DNA of 64,000 nucleotides from Ruditapes philippinarum (taxonomy: Eukaryota): contig NW_026865136.1 of NCBI RefSeq assembly GCF_026571515.1, positions 124,001-188,000 on the forward strand, read 5' to 3'. Positions 61,324-64,000 of this stretch are shown piece by piece. Numbering within the stretch: the stretch's first letter is position 1; the number at the start of each line of letters is the position of its first letter. The notes below the pieces were generated by a model that saw only the letters and a program-made list of their open reading frames with translations, was not told the origin of the DNA and searched no databases. Position numbers and translations under genes: made by a program.

Positions 61324-64000
61324 AAGTTTAACTTTTGCCATAAATCCTTTCAATTTTATTAATGTACTTCGCATGAACGACAAAAAATATACATTATATA
61401 AACTGAATAACCATCTGAATTAACCTTTAATAAACTTTATAAAAAGAGTGGGACAGTCTTTTTATATTTTAGTTAGATATTTTATATTTTGTCCTAAACA
61501 TTTTTCAATATCAACTGTTGGTCAGTCACCGTTACTACAGTAATTCATTTCTAAATATATTGTAAATTTAATTGAACTTGACATTGAAAATATTAGCATA
61601 ATGTCACTTGAAGTAAACTAATTTTACATGACGTCATAACCACGTAAACACGTGCATCATCGGATCGTACTCGCTTGATTTTAATTATTAAATTTATGAA
61701 ATTCAATGTTTTCAACCCCGTTAATGTATATCTGCCCTTTTTAATGCAATCATACATGTTTTGTGGGTTTTTATTACTGGACATAGCTTATTGCACACGG
61801 ATTTGTTGTGTCTATGTTTTTATACATGTTCAATTTAATTAATTTTAATGGTTGGGCTTAGTAACACTAACTCGTAGTCAGTCTTAACGATTAGGTCGCA
61901 CGTGTCCATTTTAACTGATTATTATCTCGAAGGTTAATTATGATAACATTTAAAGGTATGGTCTTTATCTAACAGTTCGCCAAAATTTGCATATTTGCCA
62001 AAAAATTTACCATACAGTTCTGTAACTCAACTGTATGTATTAAATTTATACGTTAATTGAGCCAATTTAATGGACTCCGCCTATTTACATAATGCACATG
62101 CGTGCTCATTACTTTGTTAATCCTCTCGTGTTTTAAAACAATAAACACGTGCTTAAAGTAGCTGTTATATGGCAATGATGATGAAAAAGGTGTTTTGAAT
62201 ATAACTTAAGGATTTAAACGTTCTTTTTTTTGAGTAATGGGGAGAATTTGGCCAGTGGGATTAAAAATCATTACTTTTCACCTTTTAATATACATGTACA
62301 ACTTATCCACAGTTCTTAAATTAGGAACGTAAAAATAAAATCCATACAAAATTTTATTCATATATCAGTAATAGTGCACACGAGTTTTGGGTATGTCCAT
62401 CACAAATCTTTCACAATAAATGACAGTGTTTCTGACATTAATATAGTCAACATGATAGAAATACATGCATTATTATAATCACCTGCAGCAAAAAAGACAG
62501 TCAACATTAACAATTATTATCATGCTGCCATATCATATTTCAATAAATAATATATTAATAATTATATTCAAAATCAATTCAGAAAAAAAGTTGATGTTCC
62601 CATATCAATTTTATTTAGCAGTTGCTTATTTTGCATACACTAACCATAGCGACATAGCAATTATATTACTGTTTCACAAATACATACATGTATGTACACA
62701 CAATTTTTGTTTTAATTTTAACTTTATTCAACTTTCTCCATAAAAGTATACAGTAATTTCCCGGCAAACACATTATAATAAAACTTCCGGCATTTAAAGG
62801 GTCAAATGTTATGCGCTTCTTAAATGTTATGTGTAGTAATGTGGCAGAGTTTTAAGGTGTCATTTAGATCACAAGGGACATACCTTCTTGCATAGTTCGC
62901 CAAAGTTTGTGTGTCAATATATTCGCTCTATTTTGTTTAAATTTTGCCGATATATTCACCATACAGTGCTGAAACTCAACTGTATGTATTAAATTTATAC
63001 GTTAAATGTGAGGATTTATTTGACCAATTGCATAGTGCACTCGAATGGCCGGGGCTAATTGTAAGTCGGTTATAGGTTATAAACAGAGTTTTAAGAAACC
63101 AATTTTCTCGCTTCATTTCGTCCGCTCGAAAATAAAATTCTTAAAACTCTGTATATTACCTAAACTATACTTATAGTATTTGCATTTAAACGCGTTTCAA
63201 ACGACTTCCAAAAGAATGTTGCACATGTTAATCTTCAGTGGCGGTTACATGCCTAGACCTGTGTCCTTTGAATTTACATTTGAGACATCACAAGGAGATA
63301 TAAAAATTATCAGAATGTGCAAGATGAACGACATGAAGTGACAATTGGTCCTTTTTGGCATAAACCTAAACAACACAGTACTTGGTTTTATGTGTATTTA
63401 AAAAACACAGAATCAGTGGAAACTTCAGATTACCTTGTATCATGCGATAACATTAAGGCAAATAAAGCAATATTATCCTATGATATAATTAATTGTTAAT
63501 AATTTTCTATCATAAAGTGTTTCTTTACATAAATATATTTCTGAAAATTATCGATTTTCTTTATTCTAACAAATCTTACATACACAAATGACTAATTATA
63601 CTCGTATTATGATATTTTCTTAACATTTCTTTTGCAGATTTGTTTCCAATATTGCTTTTTTGTTGAAAGAATGAAAGTGGTACAAGAACTTATTCCTCTT
63701 TTTCGTTTTTGTTTTAAAACTATTGAATATGAATGAAATGAACCGATTGAAATACAAACTGTAAGAAACACTACAAAATAAAAAATGCATGCTAGGTTTG
63801 TAATAGCCTGATCATGAATTGAAATAGTAAATGCTAGCTTCCTTCCACGCCCACTAGCACCAACTGAATCGGAACATATCGTTCCACTATGTAATATTTC
63901 ATGCAAGATATCTAACCATTAGTCTATGTTTGTATAAAAAGTTGACGAATGACGCACTCAGGGACGATGGAGGCCGGACAAATTGTAATACCAAAAACTC

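Noticed and set aside
63230-63920. Exon-like plus-strand segments, including LPRPLAPTE similar to block d (SRPLAATD)
   Set aside because: Multiple stops and too short a match to support homology without a search

Overview
AT-rich, intron-rich eukaryotic DNA; the repeat landscape (tRNA-derived SINEs, Helentron/HINE-like elements, CR1/L2-type LINEs, mariner/Tc1) suggests an invertebrate, probably a bivalve mollusc (inference). The core content is a tandem cluster of SAMHD1-like (HD-domain dNTP triphosphohydrolase) genes on the + strand, which I assembled exon by exon from GT-AG boundaries and similarity to human SAMHD1 as I recall it. Paralog A (6807-23498) has 13 recognisable exons, paralog B (49845-57740) has 10, and a dead orphan copy of one B exon lies at 37412-37558. 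The two paralogs are altered in different places. A keeps the guanine-specific allosteric site but has His210->Gln, one exon with a dead acceptor plus a frameshift (skippable in frame), and a long SQ-rich repeat tail ending in a hydrophobic segment. B has a rewired allosteric site (Asp137->Asn, Gln142->His) and lacks the three exons carrying His210/His215/His233. No SAM-domain or first exon was identified for either. Between the genes lie duplicated, degenerate fragments of other genes and many transposons, some nested. A 5'-truncated LINE with a target-site duplication sits just downstream of paralog B. Residue numbers are human SAMHD1 equivalents from my own manual alignment.
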